Part shown: piece after piece, positions 1-8,650 of the stretch
Layout of the letters: each line of letters starts with the position of its first letter
Position numbering within the stretch: position 1 is the stretch's first letter
Source of the DNA: an uncultured Lachnospiraceae bacterium
GTDB lineage: Bacteria > Bacillota > Clostridia > Lachnospirales > Lachnospiraceae
NCBI GenBank assembly: GCA_902782575.1
Contig: CACZNS010000027.1
Span: 750 to 64,749, forward strand
Direction: 5' to 3'
DNA: 64,000 nt
Position numbers and translations under genes: made by a program
Notes under the pieces: generated by a model
Told to the model about the DNA's origin: nothing
Seen by the model: the letters and a program-made list of their open reading frames with translations, nothing else
Database searches by the model: none

Positions 1-991
1 CATCCGTTTTTACCTCATGCCAGTCGATGCCGGTATACTTCTTCACAGCATCGATCATTGTCAGGCGTTCAAAAGGTTTTCCCAGATCAATTTCCAGTTC
101 ACCGTATTTTACGATCGTCGTACCAAGCACTTCCTGTGCTACATGGCGATACATATTCTCTGTCAGATCCATCATACCGTGATAGTCTGTATATGCCTGA
201 TACAGCTCCATCAGCGTAAACTCCGGATTATGCCTTGCATCTACGCCTTCGTTTCTGAATACTCGGCCGATCTCATATACTCGCTCCAGGCCACCTACGA
301 TCAGACGTTTCAGATACAGCTCCAGAGAAATCCTGAGTTTTCTGTCTTCCTCCAACGCATTATAATGCGTTTCGAACGGACGCGCGGATGCACCTCCCGC
401 ATTCTCTACAAGCATCGGAGTTTCGACCTCCAGAAAGCCCCTGGAATCCAGATAATTGCGGATTGAGCGAATGATCTTTGATCGTTTGATAAAGGTATCC
501 TTAACATCCTCATTCATGATCAGGTCCACGTATCTCTGACGATAACGGATATCCGTATCTGTCAGGCCGTGAAACTTCTCGGGCAGATTCTGCAGGCTTT
601 TGGAAAGTAAAGTGATTTTAGCGGCATGAATGGATATTTCTCCGGTCTGAGTCCGGAATGCTTCTCCCTCAACACCGATCAGATCGCCGACCTCCAGGAT
701 CTTCTTAAATTCCTCATAGGGCTCTTCCCCGATAGAATCTCTTGCAACATATATCTGGATCCTGCCATCCCTATCCTGTACATTGCAGAAAGATGCTTTT
801 CCCATCTTACGCTTAAACATCATCCTGCCTGCCACCCGGACAGTCTTACCTTCTAATTCATCAAAACTGTCCTTTATCTCCCGGGAATGATGTGTGACGT
901 CGTATTTCGTAATACGAAACGGATCTTTTCCTTCTTTAACCAGTTCTGCCAGTTTTTCTCTTTTTACTGCCAATAAATCCTGTCCGGGCAT
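1..991 (-). CDS. lysS: lysine--tRNA ligase (5' part, runs off window edge)
   Basis: Manual translation from ATG at 991 (overlaps greA TAA by 1 nt): [14 protein letters not shown]...[23 protein letters not shown], the LysRS anticodon-binding N-terminus. Absent from ORF track because truncated. Confidence 0.93.
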   Translation of the reverse strand, partial: MPGQDLLAVKREKLAELVKEGKDPFRITKYDVTHHSREIKDSFDELEGKTVRVAGRMMFKRKMGKASFCNVQDRDGRIQIYVARDSIGEEPYEEFKKILEVGDLIGVEGEAFRTQTGEISIHAAKITLLSKSLQNLPEKFHGLTDTDIRYRQRYVDLIMNEDVKDTFIKRSKIIRSIRNYLDSRGFLEVETPMLVENAGGASARPFETHYNALEEDRKLRISLELYLKRLIVGGLERVYEIGRVFRNEGVDARHNPEFTLMELYQAYTDYHGMMDLTENMYRHVAQEVLGTTIVKYGELEIDLGKPFERLTMIDAVKKYTGIDWHEVKTD

Positions 992-1485
992 TAGTTTGAC
1001 CTTTCTATTTTTAATATCTTGTACTTAATGATACCGGAAGGCGTTTCGACCTTTACCGTATCTCCAACCTTGTGTCCGAGTATAGCCTTACCGACCGGTG
1101 ATTCGTTGGACAGATTTCCCTGCAGACTGTTCGCTTCCGTGGTACCGACCAATTTGAAATCCATCTCGTCGTTGTATTCCAGATCCATGATCTTGACCTT
1201 GCAGCCCACACTGACCTTTCCGAGATCCACATCATCTTCCACCACTATTTCAGCGAATTTCAAGATCTGCTCAATTTCATCAATCCGATTCTCATATGCC
1301 AGCTGCTCGGCTTTTGCTGCATCATACTCTGCATTTTCAGACAGATCGCCCTGTTCGCGGGCCTCTGCAATTTTCTTTGCAACTGCCTTGCGTTTTACCG
1401 TCTTCAGATCTTCCAGTTCGTCTTCCAGCTTTTTCAGACCTTCATAGGTCAGAACGTTTTTTTTCGTCTGTACTTCCTGCGCCAT
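991..1485 (-). CDS. greA: transcription elongation factor GreA
   Basis: [17 protein letters not shown] motif; [13 protein letters not shown]-terminal motif. Confidence 0.97.
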   Translation of the reverse strand: MAQEVQTKKNVLTYEGLKKLEDELEDLKTVKRKAVAKKIAEAREQGDLSENAEYDAAKAEQLAYENRIDEIEQILKFAEIVVEDDVDLGKVSVGCKVKIMDLEYNDEMDFKLVGTTEANSLQGNLSNESPVGKAILGHKVGDTVKVETPSGIIKYKILKIERSN

Positions 1486-1555
1486 TTTCCTTCTCCATTC
1501 CTATTTGTAATAAGCCGGTCCCTTTTTACTCGACTTGGTTCCGAACAGTCTGTAT

Positions 1556-1584
1556 ATTATAGTCCGCATAAGTATTCCTGTCAA
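1556..1584 (-). promoter_or_regulatory. sigma-70/A promoter for greA-lysS
   Basis: Minus strand TTGACA-17 nt-TATAAT, perfect consensus. Confidence 0.8.
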
Positions 1585-1607
1585 GAAACAGCCGATTCCC
1601 GGCATCT

Positions 1608-2549
1608 CTATAATTCATTTACCATCTTCAACAGATCTTCCATCTTCTCTGCCTGATTGACCTTCACTCTGAGTTTTGCGGAATTTGGCAGTCCGGCCGT
1701 ATACCATGAAATATGCTTTCGCATCTCCCGGACCGCGATATATTCTCCTTTATATTTTACCTGCAAGCTGCAGTGCTTCTGGATCATGTCTTTTCTTTCG
1801 TCCATCGTCGGCTCCGAATGTTTCCCTAAAATCAATTCCCTGAAGATCCAGGGATTTCCCCGGGCTGCCCGAGCCACAGCCACCGCATCGCATCCGGTTT
1901 GATCCATCATCGCTTTTGCGGATTCCGTAGAAACCACATCTCCGTTTCCGATCACGGGGATAGATACGCTCCGTTTTACCTCTGCTATAATATCCCAGTC
2001 CGCTTTCCCCTCATAATACTGCTCTCTTGTTCTGCCATGCACAGTGATCGCAGCAGCACCGGCTGCCTCTGCTGACTTTGCGATCTCGACAGCATTTACA
2101 TGTTCCGCATCAAATCCCTTCCTGATCTTTACCGTCACCGGTTTTCTTGTGGCATTCGACACCGCAGATACGATCTTACTGACCAGGGCAGGATCTTTCA
2201 TCAAGGCAGAGCCTTCACCGTTATTTACAATCTTCGGCATCGGACAGCCCATGTTGATATCCAGTATATCAAAGGGTTCTTCTTCAATTGCCTGTACCAC
2301 TTCAGCCATAAGTTCAGGCTCCGAACCGAAAAGCTGAAGGGCGACCGGCCGCTCTTCCGGCTCTGTTCGCATCAGCTCATATGTTTTCTTGTTTTTAAAT
2401 GAAATGGCTTTGGCACTGATCATTTCCATACAGACCAGACCCGATCCCATCCCGGAACAAAGCAAACGAAATGGCAGGTCAGTCACCCCTGCCATCGGTG
2501 CCAATATATAGGGATTTTTCAGCTCAATCTTCCCGATCATCAAGCCCAT
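1608..2549 (-). CDS. dusB: tRNA-dihydrouridine synthase
   Basis: LAPMAGVTD, DINMGCP, HGRTR, IGNGD motifs. Confidence 0.95.
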   Translation of the reverse strand: MGLMIGKIELKNPYILAPMAGVTDLPFRLLCSGMGSGLVCMEMISAKAISFKNKKTYELMRTEPEERPVALQLFGSEPELMAEVVQAIEEEPFDILDINMGCPMPKIVNNGEGSALMKDPALVSKIVSAVSNATRKPVTVKIRKGFDAEHVNAVEIAKSAEAAGAAAITVHGRTREQYYEGKADWDIIAEVKRSVSIPVIGNGDVVSTESAKAMMDQTGCDAVAVARAARGNPWIFRELILGKHSEPTMDERKDMIQKHCSLQVKYKGEYIAVREMRKHISWYTAGLPNSAKLRVKVNQAEKMEDLLKMVNEL

Positions 2550-2565
2550 TCATATCACCTGCCCC

Positions 2566-2922
2566 TTATTGTTCATCAGGCATATTTTCTCCCAGAAATA
2601 CCACCCGATAAAATAAAGTCAGCTCTTCAAACAATTCCTGCCGGCTGGAGCGGATCTCCTTGATCAGAAGTCCGGCCCCGATCTCATCATATAACAGATC
2701 ATCCTCGGCAGCTTCCGTTACCAGCTCCAGATCCCCCGTTTCATTAAACTCCATCCGGAAGATACCGCCCGCTTCCTCCGTAAACAGCACGCAGATCACA
2801 TGGAGATCATCCTGCACAGATTCCGGTAGTCTGGCAAAATTCCGGTTAAAGTAATACTTCATATCGTAGGAGCTTGCCCCGCAGAGCACAATCCGTTCTG
2901 TTACATTTTGTCTGTCAGACAT
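2566..2922 (-). CDS. conserved hypothetical protein (DUF6145-like)
   Basis: VLCGASSYDMKYYFN...DEIGAGLLIK; likely start MSDRQ at 2922, overlapping the birA stop. Confidence 0.7.
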   Translation of the reverse strand: MSDRQNVTERIVLCGASSYDMKYYFNRNFARLPESVQDDLHVICVLFTEEAGGIFRMEFNETGDLELVTEAAEDDLLYDEIGAGLLIKEIRSSRQELFEELTLFYRVVFLGENMPDEQ

Positions 2923-3895
2923 ATCCGTATATTCCCCGTACCGAAACCTCTCCGGCAAATACGTTTACGACACTACCGTCGTCCTTTGTCACGATCAGTT
3001 CACCCTTATCATTGATCCCTTGTGCCTGAGCTTCAAATTCTCCTTTGGGATCCAGCACACAGACTCGTCTTCCTGCATTGATGCAGAGTTTATTGTATTC
3101 CTCTCTTAATTCTGAAAAGGTTCCTGTCTGACGAAAGATCTCATAATATTTCTCGAATGAATTTATGATCTCCCCGGTAAGCAGTGCCCGCGGCCATTTC
3201 TTCCCGCTTTCCAGATAGAGCGATGTGGCAGTTTCCTTTAATTCTTCCGGGAACTCTTCAATATTAACATTGATCCCCGTGCCGATGATCACCTCATGGA
3301 TATAATCAGGCTCCGCTGTCATTTCTGTCAGTATCCCCACCAGTTTTTTCCCGTTGATCACAATATCATTCGGCCATTTGATCCGAACCGAGAGCTCTGT
3401 TACCTTTCTGATCCCTTCCACCGATGCCATTGCCATTACAAGTGTCAGCATCGGTGCGATATCCGGGGAAAAATCGGGCTTCAAAAGAAAACTCATGGCG
3501 ATCTGAGTTCCCGGCGGATTCTCCCAGCTCCTGCCCCGGCGTCCCTTTCCTTTGGTTTGACAGTCAGCCGCAACAAGCAGACCCTCTTCCGCCCCTTTTT
3601 GAGCTCTTCGTCTGACCTCATCATTTGTTGAGTCTATTTCGTCAAAAAAAACAGTCTGCCTGCCAAGCCATACGGTTTTTAATGCACTCCGGATCGAGTT
3701 TTCTCCATATGCATCCTCCATTCCCATGATCCGGTATCCTTTACCGGTCACTGCTTCCACCTGATATCCTTCCTGGCGAATCCGGTTGATCGATTTCCAT
3801 ACGGCACTTCTTGATATTCCTAATGTATCGGCTATCTCCTGTCCGGAAACAAATCTGTTTTTTTTCTGAAGCAGTTCCAGTAATCCGTCCCGCAT
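2915..3895 (-). CDS. birA: biotin--acetyl-CoA-carboxylase ligase/repressor
   Basis: N-terminal HTH (SGQEIA..LGISRSAVWK), QTKGKGRRGRSW, KWPND; start set at GGAGG-preceded ATG 3895. Confidence 0.95.
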   Translation of the reverse strand: MRDGLLELLQKKNRFVSGQEIADTLGISRSAVWKSINRIRQEGYQVEAVTGKGYRIMGMEDAYGENSIRSALKTVWLGRQTVFFDEIDSTNDEVRRRAQKGAEEGLLVAADCQTKGKGRRGRSWENPPGTQIAMSFLLKPDFSPDIAPMLTLVMAMASVEGIRKVTELSVRIKWPNDIVINGKKLVGILTEMTAEPDYIHEVIIGTGINVNIEEFPEELKETATSLYLESGKKWPRALLTGEIINSFEKYYEIFRQTGTFSELREEYNKLCINAGRRVCVLDPKGEFEAQAQGINDKGELIVTKDDGSVVNVFAGEVSVRGIYGYV

Positions 3896-3902
3896 ATCAG
3901 CT

Positions 3903-4178
3903 TCAACCTCCGATAACACCACCGATGGACACTGCACATGCTGCCGCCAGTATGATCGCAAATACCAAAAACACGATCGCCTGAAATCTGCTCCGGCGAA
4001 AGAACTTTAATGCATTCAACAGAAACATCAGTGTTCCGAGCAGAAAAACCACTGCAAACAACCTCTGTCCGTTCCCACTGCTCTGAATAGCTATGACGGC
4101 CAATATGATAATCACTATTCCGAAGATCATATTGATCATGTCTATCCACAGATCACTGTTTTTCCAGTTCATTTTCAT
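3903..4178 (-). CDS. small membrane protein (about 3 TM), unknown function
   Basis: Hydrophobic ORF filling the argF-birA gap; start uncertain. Confidence 0.7.
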   Translation of the reverse strand: MKMNWKNSDLWIDMINMIFGIVIIILAVIAIQSSGNGQRLFAVVFLLGTLMFLLNALKFFRRSRFQAIVFLVFAIILAAACAVSIGGVIGG

Positions 4179-4185
4179 TTTTTGA

Positions 4186-5184
4186 TCAGATCTCCCAATC
4201 CTCAAGCGTTGCTGCCATCACCGCCTTGATCGTATGCATCCGATTTTCTGCCTCATCAAAGACAGAGTCCTGATAGGTACGAAATACTTCGTCCGTAACC
4301 TCCATTTCCGTAAGACCAAACTGCTTCCCTTTTTCCTCACCGATCCTGGTTTTCAGATCATGAAAAGCCGGAAGGCAATGCAAAAAGATCGAACCCTCCG
4401 CTGTACGGTTCATCACATCCATCGTCACCCTAAAGGGTATCAGATCCCGTATCCTCTCTTCCCAGACATTATCCGGCTCTCCCATCGAAACCCAAACATC
4501 AGTATAGATCACATCCGCACCCGCTGCTCCTTCGTTCACATCCGAGGTTAAGCAAATACTGCCTCCGCTTTCCTGTGCCCATTCTTTACATTGCTTTACA
4601 AGGGCCTGATCCGGAAAATACTTCTCCGGCGCGACCGCACGAAAATGCAGGCCAAGTTTAGCACAGCCGATCATCAGAGAATTTCCCATATTATATCTGG
4701 CATCTCCGAAATATGCCAGAGTTTTCCCCTTCAGACTGCCAAGATGCTCCCGGATCGTAAGCATATCTGCCAGGATCTGGGTCGGATGATATTCATTGGT
4801 AAGTCCGTTCCAGATCGGAACTCCTGCATTTTCCGCCAGACTCTCTATGATCTCCTGACCGTATCCCCGGTACTCGATCCCGTCAAACATCCTTCCCAAT
4901 ACCCTTGCCGTATCCTCAATACTCTCTTTTTTTCCGATTTGAGATCCCGCAGGATCCAAATATGTGGTCCCCATTCCCAGATCGTGTGCTGCCACCTCAA
5001 AAGAACATCTGGTCCGGGTGGAAGTTTTCTCAAAAATCAGCGCTACATTTCTGCCACGAAGTCTGTCGTGAAGCTCCCCTCTCTTTTTCTTGTTCTTAAA
5101 CCATGCGGCAAGATCGATCAGATAAAGGATCTCATCCGCATTAAAATCTTTTAGTGTAAGAAAATTTCTGCCTTTTAATGTCAT
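4186..5184 (-). CDS. argF: ornithine carbamoyltransferase
   Basis: STRT, HPTQ, DVWVSMG, HCLP motifs. Confidence 0.95.
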   Translation of the reverse strand: MTLKGRNFLTLKDFNADEILYLIDLAAWFKNKKKRGELHDRLRGRNVALIFEKTSTRTRCSFEVAAHDLGMGTTYLDPAGSQIGKKESIEDTARVLGRMFDGIEYRGYGQEIIESLAENAGVPIWNGLTNEYHPTQILADMLTIREHLGSLKGKTLAYFGDARYNMGNSLMIGCAKLGLHFRAVAPEKYFPDQALVKQCKEWAQESGGSICLTSDVNEGAAGADVIYTDVWVSMGEPDNVWEERIRDLIPFRVTMDVMNRTAEGSIFLHCLPAFHDLKTRIGEEKGKQFGLTEMEVTDEVFRTYQDSVFDEAENRMHTIKAVMAATLEDWEI

Positions 5185-5227
5185 CTCCGTCTCCTGTTCT
5201 GAAATAATATCTCCTATAAACCATACA

Positions 5228-5245
5228 GGCGCACCTAAGTGCGCC
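5228..5245 (-). terminator. probable terminator hairpin after the hydrolase gene
   Basis: GGCGCAC-ctaa-GTGCGCC stem; weak U tail. Confidence 0.45.
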
Positions 5246-5289
5246 CGTCGTCACCGTTTTTTTGGTTGTTTTAGCAGGCTTTCGACTGC

Positions 5290-6642
5290 TCACCAGAATA
5301 CATGGCTTCCGATCACGATACCGGCATGCCCCGAGCTGACGTTTCTGAAATGGGTGGCATTTCCGATATTGGACAAACCGCTGATGGCATCTTTGGCTGC
5401 CTGCCTTGCCGTACCGTTGATCGCACCGCTTGCAAGTGTCTTCGCCAGCTTTCCGGATGAAGCTGGTCCGAACTGGTATGGTGCGTAGATGGCATTTTTA
5501 ATGCTTCCATATGACCCTCTCGCGCGGTTCATAACAACGGATCCCACTGCCAGCTGGCCTTCGTATGGCTGTGTCCCGCATTCACACTGGATCAAAGCGG
5601 CCAGTAAAGTTTCATCGTCATAATTTGCTTCCACCGCACCGTTATTGGTCAAAGATTCCTGTTTTGCAGTCATCTCGGAGGGAGCAGGGGAATCAGAGGA
5701 ATTATCAGATTCTTTTTTTGATTTTTCCGCTGCAGCCTTCTTCTCCTCGGAAATTTTTTCCCTTTTTTCTACCTCTTCTATTGTCTCCCCTTCATTAAAG
5801 CGGTATGCCACTATTATATATTCAGTTGAAACATATCCTTCGCCGGTACCCTCTGTACCGTCTTCAAAACGGATCTTGGTCCAGTCGCCCTCCGAACTGA
5901 GGACATCGACCTCTTCTCCCTCACCCAGAAGCGCTATTATCTCCGATTCTTCATTGGCCTCACCACGCACTCTCAAAGTTTCTGTATTTATCTGGGCGGA
6001 TTTTTGATTAATCTCTCTGATCCGTGATTTTGCTTCCTCATCAAAAAGCAGATACTCGTCTTTTGCCCATCCCGTTAAGGATCCGCTTTGAATCTTCGTC
6101 CAACCGTTCTTCTGCTCCAAAACGGTACCGACACCGTCTTTATAAAGATACCCTGCCAGAGAAGCATCCTCGGAAGGTTCTCTTCTGATGTTCATGGAAT
6201 TTTCTACATCCGCAATACAAAGACCGCTTAACTCATCATTTTCAGGTTCTTTTTTCTTCAGCTCTGTATCCGCCTGCTCAAAAACGACCGTTTGTACTTC
6301 TGCTTCCGATGGATCCGGATCATTCTCCGCTGCCGGTTTCACCGGATCATTTCCAAAGCTGACTTCTACAAGGTCACTTCCGGCTCCCGCATTTATCAGA
6401 TCATTTCCCTTACTGACTTTCATAACCGGCTCTTTGGGCGCAGTAAATGTCACGGTACCCTGAACGATCTCTTTCGCAGGCTCTTTTGCAGACTCTTTCA
6501 CGACGGGAGATACCGATATCTTCTTTCCCGCACCCGCAGAGATATTTTCCAGAATTTCGGAAGCTTGAACTTCATATCCTGTTGTAAGTATTGCTGTGCA
6601 TATAATAAAAGAAGCAACAGCGATCATATAAAAGCGTCGCAT
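5290..6642 (-). CDS. secreted cell-wall hydrolase (SH3 domains + SleB/Hydrolase_2 domain)
   Basis: Signal peptide, two SH3b-like repeats (NIRREPS..GWTKI, LRVRGEA..DWTKI..GYVS), C-terminal LAALIQCE..AVGSVVMNR..QF..IGSHVF. Confidence 0.85.
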   Translation of the reverse strand: MRRFYMIAVASFIICTAILTTGYEVQASEILENISAGAGKKISVSPVVKESAKEPAKEIVQGTVTFTAPKEPVMKVSKGNDLINAGAGSDLVEVSFGNDPVKPAAENDPDPSEAEVQTVVFEQADTELKKKEPENDELSGLCIADVENSMNIRREPSEDASLAGYLYKDGVGTVLEQKNGWTKIQSGSLTGWAKDEYLLFDEEAKSRIREINQKSAQINTETLRVRGEANEESEIIALLGEGEEVDVLSSEGDWTKIRFEDGTEGTGEGYVSTEYIIVAYRFNEGETIEEVEKREKISEEKKAAAEKSKKESDNSSDSPAPSEMTAKQESLTNNGAVEANYDDETLLAALIQCECGTQPYEGQLAVGSVVMNRARGSYGSIKNAIYAPYQFGPASSGKLAKTLASGAINGTARQAAKDAISGLSNIGNATHFRNVSSGHAGIVIGSHVFW

Positions 6643-6651
6643 AGTAAATAT

Positions 6652-6680
6652 ATCTTAACAATTACTTAATATTTTGTCAA
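6652..6680 (-). promoter_or_regulatory. sigma-A promoter of the hydrolase gene
   Basis: TTGACA-17-TAAGAT with extended TGn; 9 nt from ATG. Confidence 0.65.
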
Positions 6681-6719
6681 ATTTAGGCGTATTTATTAAA
6701 AATCTACCATATCTACCGC

Positions 6720-6736
6720 TGTAATATTTTTGTAAT
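6720..6736 (+). promoter_or_regulatory. WalR-type box
   Basis: TGTAAT-atttt-TGTAAT matches TGTWAH-N5-TGTWAH; lies upstream of a peptidoglycan hydrolase. Confidence 0.55.
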
Positions 6737-6746
6737 CTATATATTG

Positions 6747-6815
6747 TATGATGTTAGGGTCAAAAGGTCATAATGCGCTCAAACTTGTTTGAAAAGTATT
6801 TTGACTTTATGATCC
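6747..6815. repeat. REP-like palindromic element, copy 1 (degenerate)
   Basis: TATGATGTTAGGGTCAAAAGGTC is 21/23 identical to 39776-39798; partial inverted arm TTTTGAC at 6799. Confidence 0.5.
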
Positions 6816-6880
6816 GCGAAACACGAAAAAAGCGTTCAGTGGACGGTTTTCAGATATATCGTGAATGATTTTTCCGATAT

Positions 6881-7633
6881 TTACTGCCAGACGAACATCA
6901 AAAGTGCTGCTGCGACCGCCGCATTTAAGGATTCCACCTTCCCTTTCATCGGGATCCGGATCCTTTGATCTGCCGCTCCTGCTGCTTCCTCCGAAAGCCC
7001 GCTGCCTTCATTTCCGATCAGGATCGCCCTCGGTTCCCTGATCTTTACCTCACGCATCGGCTCTCCCTGAAGATGTGCCGCATAAATCGTATATCCCGCT
7101 TTTTTTAATCTGTCTGTCTCCTGAAGCAGTTCGTCCGTATAAGCAAACGGAACACGAAATACAGAACCCATTGTCGACCTTACGACTTTGGGTGAATAAA
7201 TATCTGCTGTATTCCGATCCATCAATATCCCGCCTGCACCGGCTGCCTCTGCTGTCCTTACAATGGTTCCGAGATTTCCGGGATCCTGTATCCCTTCAAG
7301 GATCAGGACCAATTTCCCCTTTGCAAGGTCGTTCAGACTGTATTGCTTCTGCCTGACGACTGCAAGAATTCCCTGCGGATGTACTGTGTCCGAAAGCTTC
7401 CGAAAAGATGCTTCCGAAATAACGGACGTTTTATAACCCTCTCTTTTCTCTCCGGATTGGTATTCCATCAGATAAGACTCGGAGATGATAAGTTCCTCCA
7501 GATCCTCCTCAGGGATCTCCCGTACCATCCGGATTCCTTCCACGACAAACATTCCGCTCTTTTTTCGAGCGGAATGCCGGTCAATCAACGATTTGATCTC
7601 TTTTAGTCGCTTTACCGATATATTGCTTTCCAT
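6881..7633 (-). CDS. TrmH/SpoU family RNA methyltransferase
   Basis: QDPGNLGTIVRTA, IGNEGSGL, IPMKGKVESLNAAVAA. Confidence 0.92.
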   Translation of the reverse strand: MESNISVKRLKEIKSLIDRHSARKKSGMFVVEGIRMVREIPEEDLEELIISESYLMEYQSGEKREGYKTSVISEASFRKLSDTVHPQGILAVVRQKQYSLNDLAKGKLVLILEGIQDPGNLGTIVRTAEAAGAGGILMDRNTADIYSPKVVRSTMGSVFRVPFAYTDELLQETDRLKKAGYTIYAAHLQGEPMREVKIREPRAILIGNEGSGLSEEAAGAADQRIRIPMKGKVESLNAAVAAALLMFVWQ

Positions 7634-8613
7634 CAGATCGACAATGCCTTTGCTATCTCATATTGATATTCCGGGATCTGCTTTTTCATGGCAAGCGCTT
7701 CATTGATATCGTAATCTACAAAATCTCCGTTTTTATAGCATACGACCCGGTTGGTTTTCCCCTGCTTCAGAAGATCGGCTGCCATCGCACCCATAACTGA
7801 TGCATAATAACGATCCTTGCAGGTCGGTGATCCTCCTCTCTGCATGTAACCCAGAATCGTAGCTCTGGTCTCCATACCTGTCGCTGCCTCGATGCGCCGG
7901 GCCATTGAGGTCGAATGTCCGATCCCCTCGGCATTAATGATCAGATGATGTGTTTTTCCGATTTTCCGGCTCTCAATGATATGATTGATAATCTCCTGCT
8001 CATCATAGTTGTACTTCTCCGGGATCAGAATGTCCTCCGCACCGCTTGCCACTCCGCACCAGAGCGCGATATAACCGGCGTTCCTGCCCATAACCTCTAT
8101 GATAGAGCAGCGTTCATGTGAAGATGATGTATCACGGACCTTATCAATTGCTTCCAGGGCCGTATTGATCGCCGTATCAAATCCGATGGTGTAATCCGTA
8201 CAGGCTATGTCCAGATCGATCGTACCGGGCAGACAGACGACCGGTTCCCCGACCTTGGAGAGCTCGTAGGCTCCACGGTACGAACCGTCACCCCCAATCA
8301 CGACAATGGCATCTATCCCATGCTTTTTACATATGGCAGCCGCTTTTTTTCTTCCTTCTTCATAGCGGAATTCTTCGCTTCTCGCCGTACGAAGGATCGT
8401 TCCTCCCTGCTGGATACTGTCGGACACACTCCTTGCTGTCATTTCCGACATTTCCTCGTTTAACAATCCCTGATATCCCTTCTGGATCCCGACCACCTTT
8501 AGCCCGTCGGCGATCGCTTTTCTTACAACAGCTCTGATCGCTGCGTTCATACCAGGTGCATCACCGCCGCTTGTCAAAATACCTATTTTCTTGATCTTTC
8601 CTTGCTCCGCCAT
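7633..8613 (-). CDS. pfkA: 6-phosphofructokinase
   Basis: LTSGGDAPGMN, GGDGS, IGFDTA, EVMGR. Confidence 0.96.
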   Translation of the reverse strand: MAEQGKIKKIGILTSGGDAPGMNAAIRAVVRKAIADGLKVVGIQKGYQGLLNEEMSEMTARSVSDSIQQGGTILRTARSEEFRYEEGRKKAAAICKKHGIDAIVVIGGDGSYRGAYELSKVGEPVVCLPGTIDLDIACTDYTIGFDTAINTALEAIDKVRDTSSSHERCSIIEVMGRNAGYIALWCGVASGAEDILIPEKYNYDEQEIINHIIESRKIGKTHHLIINAEGIGHSTSMARRIEAATGMETRATILGYMQRGGSPTCKDRYYASVMGAMAADLLKQGKTNRVVCYKNGDFVDYDINEALAMKKQIPEYQYEIAKALSI

Positions 8614-8650
8614 ATGAAACCTCCTGTGTTTTCTATCACATTCCGTATGT

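Noticed and set aside
1457-1464. A/T homopolymer runs in greA, birA and the GH18 gene as phase-variation sites
   Set aside because: Only about 8 nt, in frame, encoding Lys runs in intact genes
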